Positions 48,441 through 57,224 of a stretch of DNA of 64,000 bases are shown piece after piece (the stretch's first letter is position 1; each line of letters opens with the position of its first letter). The DNA comes from Nitrospinota bacterium (GTDB lineage: Bacteria; Nitrospinota; Nitrospinia; Nitrospinales; VA-1), in NCBI GenBank assembly GCA_038108555.1, contig JAYNIA010000006.1, positions 12,874 through 76,873 on the forward strand, read 5' to 3'. The translations under genes were made by a program, and so were the position numbers. The notes under the pieces were generated by a model that searched no databases, was not told the DNA's origin, and worked only from the letters and a program-made list of their open reading frames with translations.

Positions 48441-50831
48441 ATGAAATTTCTTCTTAGTTGGTGTTTTAAAAATATTACAAAAAAATTTCCTGGAACGGTT
48501 CTTCTCTTTGCTTTAATTTTAAGTGGATTCTCCATTTATTTGGCGGCAGATTTAAAATTCAATCCTAAAATGGATAACCTGCTTCCTCAGGATCTCCCTT
48601 TGATCGAGGAGTTTAATGAGGTTGTCAAAAAAACAGGGGGATCAGGACCTCTAGTTGTTGTGCTGGAAAATCTGGATCCCATTCAAGATTCCGAGGTTAT
48701 AGATCATCTGGCTGGATTGTTCCGAAAGATTCCTGGAACACAGTTTGTAGACTCCGAAATTCCAAAAAAATATTTAAAAAACAAACAGCTCCTTTTAATC
48801 CCTCGTCAGGATTTGGCGGCATTGGAAATTTTAATGGCAGAAGCCATCGATTATGCCCGGGGTCAGTTCGGGGGATTTTTGGAGGAGGAAGCATTTAATC
48901 CGGTAAAGCTGCGGAAACTGGCAAAAGATTACCAGATTTTTGATGAAATCGAACCGTATCACAAGGGGAAGCAGAAGAATAATTATTATATTTTTATAAA
49001 GGCCAGGGGGACGGTTACCGACACGGACTTTACCGAAAATTTTATAACCCAGGTCCAGGAGGTGATCGATAAAAGCGGTCTTGAAGAAAAGTACAAGGGA
49101 CTCAAAATAAAACTTACGGGTTCGATGATTGTTCGCTTGGAAGAGAATGAGTTCATCCAAACTGATTTGAAAAATGCTGCGATGATAGCTGCCGTTCTCG
49201 CAATGTCCATCATTTTTATTTATACCCGTTCCTGGTTTTCCATCCCCCTTATTATTTTCCCTCTCCTTTTATCTTTAACTTACACTTTTGCTTTTACCCG
49301 CTTGTTAATTGGGCATCTGAATATTATTTCCGGATTTCTTGTTGCGATTTTAATGGGATTGGGAATTGATTATGGAATCCATTTGTACATCCGTTTCAAG
49401 CAGGAACTGTTGAAACAGAAACCTATTCCAGAAGCTGTCGAAGTGGTGGTGACCCAGGTGGGCCGGTCTGGCTTGATTGCCATGCTCACAACCATGAGCG
49501 TATTTTCAATCCTCAGCTTTTCAGATTTTCAGGGGTTTTCCGAGTTCGGCCAAATAGCTACCCTGGGAATTGTATGTGCATTCATCACATACTATTTTGT
49601 TTTTCCGGCTCAGGCTCTTTTTTACGACAAAATTCATTGGCTGGGTAAACCCAAACCTCGGCTTTTTAGTCTGAAAATAGCCAATCTTTATGCTGCAACA
49701 CCCTTTTATCTTTCCATGTTTTTTGTCATGCTTTTGATATTCAGTTTGTTTCTCTTGCCAGGTGTTGAGTTTGAATATGATTTCCAGAAATTAAGAGGAG
49801 AATCACCCGCCAGCGATTATGAAACGGAGACAACCGATGATTTCGGTCTGGCATTTTCACCCACGGTAATTTTGACCCCTGAAAAAGAGAACCTTTATTA
49901 TATCCATGATGCTTTAGAAGAAATAAAAAGGGAAGGTGGAGAAAAAACGGTCATAGGAATTCAGTACTCCCTGAATTTGTTTAGCAAAAAGGAATATGAA
50001 TCAAAAAAGGAAATCATTTCACGGATACGTAATAACTTTGAAGAAAATAAAGACATCATTCGGTTTTCGCTAGGAAAGGAGAGATTTCGAAAATTTGAAC
50101 AACTTTTGAACGTGAAACCGTTTGATGATGCACAAGTACCCACAAGTCTTCAGAAAAAACTGAAGGCAGGAGAAGACTATCTGCTTCTCCTTTTTTCACC
50201 GGCAGACAAAAACTTCTTCCGCGTTGAGAATATTTATCAACTGGAAAGGGAGGTCAAAGCGTTAAAGGAAAGATTGAAAGAGGAAAATATCAAAACAGCC
50301 ATCTTGAATGAAAATTTAATTGCTGCCAAAGTTTTGGATTGGGTTAAAGAAAAAGGTCCCAAAGCCATGATCGTAGCATTTGGACTGGTGTTTTTTATTC
50401 TTTTAGTCGACTTGCAAAGTATCAGGTTGGCTTTAATAACCTTTTTGCCCTTGTTTACCGGGCTTGCTTTGACCGGTGCTTTGATGTCTGTCTTTAATGT
50501 TCGATTGAACTTTATAAATATTGTAATGCTCCCATCAATTGTTGGAATTATGATCGACCATTGTATTTATCTCAGTCATCATATTCTGGATTACTCTAAA
50601 GGTGCTTCTCTAAAATCATTGAAGGAAACCGGGAGTGCCATTATCTTATCGGCCTTGACAAGCCTCGCGGGATATGCCAGTTTAAATATTGCACACCATG
50701 CAGGAATAAATTCAATAGCAACCGTTGTTGAGTTGGGGATAATTACCTGTACCGTTTGCGCGCTTTTCATGCTTCCAGCACTTTTTGAATTTGGAAAAAG
50801 AAAATTTGCCTTTGTCCATCCTGAAAAATGA
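48441..50831 (+). CDS. MMPL/RND family transporter (HpnN-like lipid exporter)
   Basis: Two repeats of 1 TM + periplasmic domain + 5 TM; GLGIDYGIH and GIMIDHCIY motifs. Confidence 0.85.
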   Translation: MKFLLSWCFKNITKKFPGTVLLFALILSGFSIYLAADLKFNPKMDNLLPQDLPLIEEFNEVVKKTGGSGPLVVVLENLDPIQDSEVIDHLAGLFRKIPGTQFVDSEIPKKYLKNKQLLLIPRQDLAALEILMAEAIDYARGQFGGFLEEEAFNPVKLRKLAKDYQIFDEIEPYHKGKQKNNYYIFIKARGTVTDTDFTENFITQVQEVIDKSGLEEKYKGLKIKLTGSMIVRLEENEFIQTDLKNAAMIAAVLAMSIIFIYTRSWFSIPLIIFPLLLSLTYTFAFTRLLIGHLNIISGFLVAILMGLGIDYGIHLYIRFKQELLKQKPIPEAVEVVVTQVGRSGLIAMLTTMSVFSILSFSDFQGFSEFGQIATLGIVCAFITYYFVFPAQALFYDKIHWLGKPKPRLFSLKIANLYAATPFYLSMFFVMLLIFSLFLLPGVEFEYDFQKLRGESPASDYETETTDDFGLAFSPTVILTPEKENLYYIHDALEEIKREGGEKTVIGIQYSLNLFSKKEYESKKEIISRIRNNFEENKDIIRFSLGKERFRKFEQLLNVKPFDDAQVPTSLQKKLKAGEDYLLLLFSPADKNFFRVENIYQLEREVKALKERLKEENIKTAILNENLIAAKVLDWVKEKGPKAMIVAFGLVFFILLVDLQSIRLALITFLPLFTGLALTGALMSVFNVRLNFINIVMLPSIVGIMIDHCIYLSHHILDYSKGASLKSLKETGSAIILSALTSLAGYASLNIAHHAGINSIATVVELGIITCTVCALFMLPALFEFGKRKFAFVHPEK

Positions 50832-50972
50832 TTTTCTCCTTTCTGGCGATAGTATGAAAAATTAGAACCTTCCTGTCTGATTTTTTTTCAGATTTGCCAA
50901 ATGCAATTATTTGTAACGGGGATAACCATTGAAAGCTTGCCCTTTATTCTATTGAAGGTCCGAGTGAGAATT

Positions 50973-50988
50973 TGGCACAAAGTTTGCT
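50973..50988 (+). promoter_or_regulatory. sigma54 (-24/-12) promoter
   Basis: TGGCACAAAGTTTGCT; GG (50974-5) and GC (50986-7) separated by exactly 10 nt; intergenic. Confidence 0.7.
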
Positions 50989-51057
50989 CATAATAGTTTG
51001 AGCGAATTTGATTTATTAGGACCCCTAATCGAGTCTCCCCTTTTGAATGGCCTGAAA

Positions 51058-51252
51058 ATGATTGACCCTAAACCGGAAAAACTGGATAAAAAGGCAAATT
51101 TCTACAAAGTTTTAAATGAATATTTGGACCGGAAAATACAAAAAGAGAAGGACAAGATTGTAGAAAAATATTTTGATATAAACTCTCAGGAAAACCTGTT
51201 TAAAGGTTTTACGGTGAACCGATCAAAGTTTACCCCGTCCCGGAAAAAATAA
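51058..51252 (+). CDS. small hypothetical protein (64 aa)
   Basis: ATG 51058 downstream of the sigma54 site; charged, helical-looking sequence. Confidence 0.5.
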   Translation: MIDPKPEKLDKKANFYKVLNEYLDRKIQKEKDKIVEKYFDINSQENLFKGFTVNRSKFTPSRKK

Positions 51253-51378
51253 TCTTTAGCTTTTCCGCTCTACCCGTTCAATTTTTCAAAATTCCTGCCC
51301 ACATTTCCCTGATTTTGGTTTAATATTCCCAAGGTTCGACTGGGGTACACCAAAAAACAATTTTTTGGCAATCGATTT

Positions 51379-51627
51379 ATGATAAAGATATTTTTTTTTC
51401 TGGCAGTGTTTGCCATTTTAGGGTGTGGAGAATCTACGCAATTTGAAAGTTTTTCTCATGACACGGGAAAAGGAAAAGAAGAGTTCCAGGTTGATTCGGA
51501 GATATGCCTAAAAGAAAAGGACAAGTATAGTAATAAAATTCAGGGGCGGGAATTCGGGTTCGAAGGCCAGGATACAGGCTATCTCGGATGTATGAAAATT
51601 AAAGGTTGGAGCAAAAAATCGAATTAG
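51379..51627 (+). CDS. small lipoprotein
   Basis: Lipobox ILGC; two further Cys (IC...GCMKIKGW) suggest a disulfide. Confidence 0.7.
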   Translation: MIKIFFFLAVFAILGCGESTQFESFSHDTGKGKEEFQVDSEICLKEKDKYSNKIQGREFGFEGQDTGYLGCMKIKGWSKKSN

Positions 51628-51642
51628 AAAAAAAATGCCGAA

Positions 51643-52560
51643 TCAATTTTTTTGGTTCCAGGCCCTTTGAATAGAGGCTGTAGGTTGGTGAACCAGATGA
51701 CACATTTTGCATGATTGCTTGTTGATTTGTTCGATATTGGCCTTGAATACTTTTTCAGATGGTTCCCCTGTTGCAAACTCCTTCTTGATGGTTTGCAGTG
51801 CATTCATAACATCATCCCCAACAAAAAAATCTTTGACCGACACAGAGCTTTTTGTCCACTCGGAAACATGGCATTTTGAACAAACGGAACGTAGGCTAGT
51901 GAGCCTTTTGGTAAAAATTTCGAGTGATTTCCAGGCGTCTTGAACATTTTTTTGTTCAAAGTTTACGGTGATCCTCATTAAGGAATCTGAAAGCATTTTC
52001 ATATATTGAGGGTAACCGATTTCTTTTTCTTCAAAAGGATCCAGCACTTTTATGGTTTCTGTTGAAGGCCAGTGATATCTAACCCAAACGCTGGTGTTCT
52101 TTTTTAAATGGCAATTTGCGCAGGTTTCCTCAAGAGTTTCCGAACTTTCTCCAATTTTTTTCATGTCTTTATTCAGGATATCTTCCTGAAACTCCCGGGC
52201 CGCCTTTAGATTAAAGTCTTCTTCCCATTCTGGAACCATTTTTGAGGCTTTATTGTATTGGTCCAAAAATAGTTCCGTATTTTTTTCCGCAAGATCCCAG
52301 CGTTTTTTTTCAATATTGACAAATATTGAGGATAGGGAAGTGCTGAGTTTCTGCATTTGTATGATCCAATCCGAAGGCATCCCCGGTTCCGCATAATATT
52401 GATCCATGGATTTTGGCGGGGGAGTGACCCGAAAATCTGAAGATGCAGCAGGTTGGATAGAAAAAAAGAATAAAACCGAACTAAAAAAAATTGGTCCCAT
52501 CAATAGGGATTTTCCCAAAAACAAAATATTATTTTTCTTTGGGGTGTCGATTTGGACCAT
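51643..52560 (-). CDS. periplasmic triheme c-type cytochrome
   Basis: Signal-like hydrophobic segment; CANCH, CSKCH, CKMCH. Confidence 0.85.
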   Translation of the reverse strand: MVQIDTPKKNNILFLGKSLLMGPIFFSSVLFFFSIQPAASSDFRVTPPPKSMDQYYAEPGMPSDWIIQMQKLSTSLSSIFVNIEKKRWDLAEKNTELFLDQYNKASKMVPEWEEDFNLKAAREFQEDILNKDMKKIGESSETLEETCANCHLKKNTSVWVRYHWPSTETIKVLDPFEEKEIGYPQYMKMLSDSLMRITVNFEQKNVQDAWKSLEIFTKRLTSLRSVCSKCHVSEWTKSSVSVKDFFVGDDVMNALQTIKKEFATGEPSEKVFKANIEQINKQSCKMCHLVHQPTASIQRAWNQKN

Positions 52561-52597
52561 ATCGTTTTTTCGGGGGAGTAAATGCGAAAAGGCAAAG

Positions 52598-52813
52598 TCA
52601 GCATTTGATTCGGTAGAAGTAATCGCCCAGTTTGAACGGGCTCCCGGAGCGAACTACTCTTAGAAAGCATTTTTTTTTGTCTTCCGACAAATCTTCCAGA
52701 ACTTGCTCCCTTACTTCCTTGTAGGAAATCTCTTCCCAATGGCAGTGGTTGGCTGACCTTTCCAGTTGGAAACCTGAGATGTCCTCCATTTCAATATGAT
52801 TTTTATCTTTCAT
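52598..52813 (-). CDS. hypothetical protein (71 aa)
   Basis: ATG with AAGG upstream, co-directional with the cytochrome gene. Confidence 0.55.
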   Translation of the reverse strand: MKDKNHIEMEDISGFQLERSANHCHWEEISYKEVREQVLEDLSEDKKKCFLRVVRSGSPFKLGDYFYRIKC

Positions 52814-52935
52814 TAAACCTTATTTGTAATTTTTAAGATGCTTTATTATATTAAAGAATCCTGTTTATCCTAATTGTTTTTCACAATTGTTTTAAGCTTT
52901 TTTTGTTAAAAAATCAGGCATAAAAATGGAAAAAA

Positions 52936-53700
52936 ATGCTTTTAGTTATTGATGTTGGAAATTCGAATAATGTCATTGGATTGTTTTCGGGAGAAAAACT
53001 GCTCACTCATTGGAGAATCAGGACCGAGTGGAACAGAACTGCAGACGAATATTGGGTTTTGATTAAAGAATTCATCTTGTTGAACAATGTGGAAACAGAA
53101 ACCATTGATGATATTGTGATTGCCTGTGTGGTGCCACCTCTGGTTCCGATTCTTCAAAACATGGGAAAAAAATATTTTTCATGTGAACCCTTGATTGTTG
53201 GCCCCGGAATTAAAACGGGAATTTCCATTCTTTACAGGAATCCATCTGAAGTGGGTGCAGACCGTATCGTAAACTCCGTCGCTGCATATGAAAAATATGG
53301 TGGCCCGTTAATCATTGTCGATTTTGGAACCGCGACCACTTTTGATGTTGTGTCGGAAAAGGGGGAATATCTGGGAGGTTCTATTTTCCCCGGGGTTCAG
53401 ATTTCCCTGGAAGCCCTTTTTAAAAATACAGCCAAACTGCCTCGAGTAGATATGACCTTTCCGGAGAAAGTCATTGGAAAATCCACCGTAGAAAGCCTGC
53501 GTTCAGGTGCGGTCTATGGGTTTTCAGGGATGGTCGAGGCATTGGTGAAACAGATAAAAGATGAATTGGGCCAAAATGCCCATGTGGTGGCAACAGGGGG
53601 GATTGTTGATTGGATCACTACGGAAACATCAACTATAGATACCATCGATCCCTTTTTAACCCTGGACGGTCTCAGAATTATTTATGAAAAAAATAAATAA
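52936..53700 (+). CDS. coaX: type III pantothenate kinase
   Basis: IDVGNSN, VGADR, VDFGTATT, GGSIFPG, ATGG, LTLDGL. Confidence 0.95.
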   Translation: MLLVIDVGNSNNVIGLFSGEKLLTHWRIRTEWNRTADEYWVLIKEFILLNNVETETIDDIVIACVVPPLVPILQNMGKKYFSCEPLIVGPGIKTGISILYRNPSEVGADRIVNSVAAYEKYGGPLIIVDFGTATTFDVVSEKGEYLGGSIFPGVQISLEALFKNTAKLPRVDMTFPEKVIGKSTVESLRSGAVYGFSGMVEALVKQIKDELGQNAHVVATGGIVDWITTETSTIDTIDPFLTLDGLRIIYEKNK

Positions 53701-53717
53701 TTCATTTTTCTTTTTTA

Positions 53718-53802
53718 AACAAAAAACCCCGGCTATCCCAAACGCAGCGTTTCCAGTAAGAGGAGGAGACCGAAAACCATGAAATTTGGAATAACCGGGG
53801 TT
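53718..53802 (-). ncRNA. structured 3' UTR element / candidate sRNA-terminator with an anti-SD apical loop
   Basis: Minus-strand fold: 18-bp stem (53785-53802 with 53725-53742), internal loop, 9-bp stem, apical loop CUCCUCCUCUU, then a U-tract; four G:U pairs form only on the minus strand. Confidence 0.6.
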
Positions 53803-53812
53803 CAGGGGACGT

Positions 53813-54061
53813 TTATACTTTTACGACTCGCGATCCTTTCCTAATGAATAGACGTACCATTCTATGGTCGTCTTCAATGTCAGATATTCTGCACCCTTGG
53901 CTTTTTGCCCATTTCGTGAAATCTTCTGTGAAATTTTTCTTTTTATCCAAGATCAGCTCTAAAATTCCATTTTTCTTTACTCTTCTGAACTCTTCAGAAG
54001 CCAGCTGAAAGGCTTTAAAAAATGAAAGTCCTCGGATATCCAGTGTTCTAAACATTTCCAT
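53813..54061 (-). CDS. TusA/SirA-fold small protein lacking the CPxP cysteine
   Basis: TLDIRGLSFFKA aligns by eye to TusA TLDxxGLxCPxP; LELILD, DFTKWAKSQG, LFIRKG follow the family pattern; GGGAGGG RBS. Confidence 0.75.
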   Translation of the reverse strand: MEMFRTLDIRGLSFFKAFQLASEEFRRVKKNGILELILDKKKNFTEDFTKWAKSQGCRISDIEDDHRMVRLFIRKGSRVVKV

Positions 54062-54369
54062 AACAAATCCCTCCCTGTTTTAATCTGCTGTCAGGTCGTT
54101 TAATTTCAATAGAGCTATTTTATGTTTGCAATATTAAAAAGTAGTTAATCAGGCATTAATTTTTTTTAATATTTTAAGGTTCCCAAGTGAAGGTTCTCTT
54201 TTAAGCTGTTGAATAATTTGTCTTTTTAGGGGCTCACGTTGAAGTGAATGGGCAAGGATTTAATTAATCTGTTTATTTTCAATTCATATAGGATGCCGGT
54301 GCAGAATGAGATATAGTTATTAGCTTAAATTGAATGATATTAAAGTAAACAGGTTGTCAGGAGATATAA

Positions 54370-55314
54370 ATGGGTATTATTCGTGGAGGCGATGCAGAGT
54401 ACGAAGAATTTGAGCCTTCCTATGAGGAAAAAGCAGAAAAGCTTGAGGCAACTTTAAAATCTTTGCTGGAAGAGAATTCTGACTCTCTTAAACTTTCTGG
54501 AAAATATATAGCGACCGATGAGGTGAAAATTATTAGTAATTTTTCTCCCATGGGTTCTGTTAAGTCGCTCGACTTAAGTGATAATCAAATTAATGATGAG
54601 GCCTTGCAGTACCTTTTTGAATCAGAAACTCTTGGCGGGTTGGAAGAGCTTCAATTGCAGATAAATTTTTTAACCGGAAAAGGATTGAGTGAGCTTGCCA
54701 AATCTGAAAATGTAAAGCTGAAAAATTTAAAATCCCTGGTTCTTTCCGATAACCGGTTAAGCGATGCATCAATTGCAGAAATGTTTCTATCAAATAATTT
54801 TCAAAGTCTCGAATCCCTGAATGTGGGTTGGAATGAAGCGGGTAATGAAACAGCCAAAGCCCTTGGAGCAACCACTACATTTCCTAATTTAAAGAAACTG
54901 GAAATGGAGCGCAGCTACCTTGAGGAGGAGGGTTTCCGTGAATTTGTAAAAGGACAAGTTGCCGATCAACTGGAGGTTCTGGATTTGTCAGCCAACAAAA
55001 TCAATGATGAGTCTATGAAGATTATTGCGCAGGCTGAAAAATGGAAATCTCTTAAGACCCTTCGCTTATCACAAAATAGATTTGGTAATGAAGGCGCGAA
55101 AGCTTTGGGAGAATCTAGTTCATTAAGCGGACTCACCCAGCTTTATGTGGGAAGGAACTATTTTGATGCCGAGGGTGCCCAGGCAATTTATGAAAGTAAA
55201 GTGCTGAAAAATCTCAAGACCCTGGTGATTAAAGAGGATATTGATGAGGGGTCTGGACTGGTAAATTATTCGCGCCCGGAACTTCTTCGTCCGGACGACC
55301 CCAACGCAATCTGA
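54370..55314 (+). CDS. leucine-rich repeat protein (RI-like, about 27-aa repeats)
   Basis: Repeats LxxLxLxxNxIxxxxxxxL; AGGAG RBS; no signal peptide. Confidence 0.88.
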   Translation: MGIIRGGDAEYEEFEPSYEEKAEKLEATLKSLLEENSDSLKLSGKYIATDEVKIISNFSPMGSVKSLDLSDNQINDEALQYLFESETLGGLEELQLQINFLTGKGLSELAKSENVKLKNLKSLVLSDNRLSDASIAEMFLSNNFQSLESLNVGWNEAGNETAKALGATTTFPNLKKLEMERSYLEEEGFREFVKGQVADQLEVLDLSANKINDESMKIIAQAEKWKSLKTLRLSQNRFGNEGAKALGESSSLSGLTQLYVGRNYFDAEGAQAIYESKVLKNLKTLVIKEDIDEGSGLVNYSRPELLRPDDPNAI

Positions 55315-55321
55315 TCTGGAA

Positions 55322-55981
55322 TTAAAATATTTTCAGTTTTTCAAGTTTCGTCAATTTAGGGGAGTTTTTTAAAGCCTCTTTAGCTTCCTCCGACTTGATC
55401 CGGTTTCCACCCAGATGCAGATAATTTAAATTGCAAAGGTTATCTGAATTGGCAATGGCCATGGCTCCCTCATCACCGACCCGGTTATCAACCATATTCA
55501 AATGTTCTACTTTGGTCAAGTAAGGGGATTGTGCCAGTGCTTTTGCACCTTCAGCAGTAATTCCGTTACATTCAAGGTTTAAGGTTGTTACCTCTGAAAA
55601 AATGGGGGCTTGAGCCAAGATAGCCATGCCCTCGTTTCCTAGATCATTGGAACCCAGATGTAGATAATTCACTTTGGGAAGGATAGGTGAAGAAACAAGA
55701 ATTTTGAGACCTTCAGGTCCCAGTCTATTGTGCGTGATAATCAAACTGGAAATGGTTTTTATATATGGGAAGTTGGCGATTAACTCGGCAAGTTCCCGGC
55801 CATGATCTTCTTCGATTTTTCCGGTTTTTGAAAACAGGTAGGCGTCTTGAATTTTGAGGATCTTTTTATCTTTTATATTTTCGAAAAGGATTTTTTCCTT
55901 GGGTGAAAGCTTATCACCCTCGCCACCGTAGTTTTCACCGTCGTTACATAACTCTTCCCAGTTTTTTAATTTTTCTGCCAT
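55322..55981 (-). CDS. leucine-rich repeat protein
   Basis: YLHLGSNDLGNEG, TLNLECNGITAEG, HLNMVDNRVGDEG repeats; start at MAEKLKN. Confidence 0.85.
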   Translation of the reverse strand: MAEKLKNWEELCNDGENYGGEGDKLSPKEKILFENIKDKKILKIQDAYLFSKTGKIEEDHGRELAELIANFPYIKTISSLIITHNRLGPEGLKILVSSPILPKVNYLHLGSNDLGNEGMAILAQAPIFSEVTTLNLECNGITAEGAKALAQSPYLTKVEHLNMVDNRVGDEGAMAIANSDNLCNLNYLHLGGNRIKSEEAKEALKNSPKLTKLEKLKIF

Positions 55982-55986
55982 GAATC

Positions 55987-56451
55987 CTAACGTTTGAGTC
56001 TTTTTTCTCTTGCACAACCTGCCTGATTACCCATTCCGCAGGCTCTTTTATAATACTTGATAGCTTTGCTTTGCCTACCTTCTTTGTAGTTTAGGGTGCC
56101 CAGGTTATAGCAGGACTGGTCCTCTCCAGCTTCACAGGCCTTATCAAACATTTTGCGTGCTTGCTTGAATTGTTTGCTATAGGGTGTTCCCTTCATAGCC
56201 AGAAGGATGCCGCCATTGGTGCAACCTGTCATATAATCCCCATCGCAGGCTTTTTCATAAAATCCCAAGGCTGTTTTTAAATCTTTTTCAACCGTTCGAT
56301 ACCGCTCACCGGTTTTGAAACAGGCGGTTGCGTTTCCTTCTTTGCAGAGAGCTTCCAGTTTTTGATCAAAGGATAATTCTTCAGCGAGGGCTCCTGGAGC
56401 TAAAAATACAATCGAAAGCAAAACAATGAGTGCTTTATTTAAATATTTCAC
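55987..56451 (-). CDS. secreted Cys-rich Sel1-repeat protein (HcpA-like)
   Basis: Signal peptide; repeats KAC.......C..LG; GAGG RBS. Confidence 0.85.
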   Translation of the reverse strand: MKYLNKALIVLLSIVFLAPGALAEELSFDQKLEALCKEGNATACFKTGERYRTVEKDLKTALGFYEKACDGDYMTGCTNGGILLAMKGTPYSKQFKQARKMFDKACEAGEDQSCYNLGTLNYKEGRQSKAIKYYKRACGMGNQAGCAREKRLKR

Positions 56452-56696
56452 ATCTACCTCTTTTCGATTTTAGGTTGATGAAGGGAAATCCAAGTGGCTC
56501 AGTATATCATAATGTCCATAAATAAAGGGTTATTAAAGCCTTGGCTAAGGGCATTTCCTGATGTTTTTATCTTTGGTTTGCATCGGGAGGTGGTTTTTAT
56601 TAACCTTCACGAAACCTTTTAAAATGAATTGATTAGGTGGCTTGTCACCAGCTGATTTGATTCATATCCAAATCGTTGATCAATAGGTGCATTTTC

Positions 56697-57224
56697 GTGA
56701 ATATCGTATTGCTGGGTTATCGGGGTACAGGAAAATCAGTAATATCCAAAATTCTTTCTGAAAGGCTTCGTATGAGGCTATTCAAAATTGATAAAATGAT
56801 TACGGAGTCAGCTGGTAAATCCATTCCCGAAATTGTGGAACAAGACGGCTGGGAAAGTTTTCGAAAGCTGGAATCAAAAATTGTGGCGGACGTTTCTAAC
56901 AAAGCCAAAAACTGCATTATAGATTGTGGCGGCGGTGTTGTCTTAAATAAGGAAAATATAGTTAATTTAAAGAGGGAAGGGATTTGTGTCGTACTCACCG
57001 CCAGCCTGGAAACCATTCTCAAAAGAATTCGCCATGATCCCAATCGTCCTTCTTTTGGGGATGGGCTTAGCTTTGAAGAAGAACAGAAAAAAAATATTGC
57101 GGAGCGTGAAGAAAAGTATCGTGCCGCAGCAGATTTTACCTGTGATACATCAGATCGCCGACCCGGAGAGACGGTGAGAGAGATAACCGATTTTTTGAAA
57201 TCAAAGGGATGGATTAAAAAATAA
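56697..57224 (+). CDS. aroK: shikimate kinase
   Basis: GYRGTGKS Walker A, GWESFRKLE, DCGGG, RP, R...Y; GTG start. Confidence 0.9.
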   Translation: MNIVLLGYRGTGKSVISKILSERLRMRLFKIDKMITESAGKSIPEIVEQDGWESFRKLESKIVADVSNKAKNCIIDCGGGVVLNKENIVNLKREGICVVLTASLETILKRIRHDPNRPSFGDGLSFEEEQKKNIAEREEKYRAAADFTCDTSDRRPGETVREITDFLKSKGWIKK

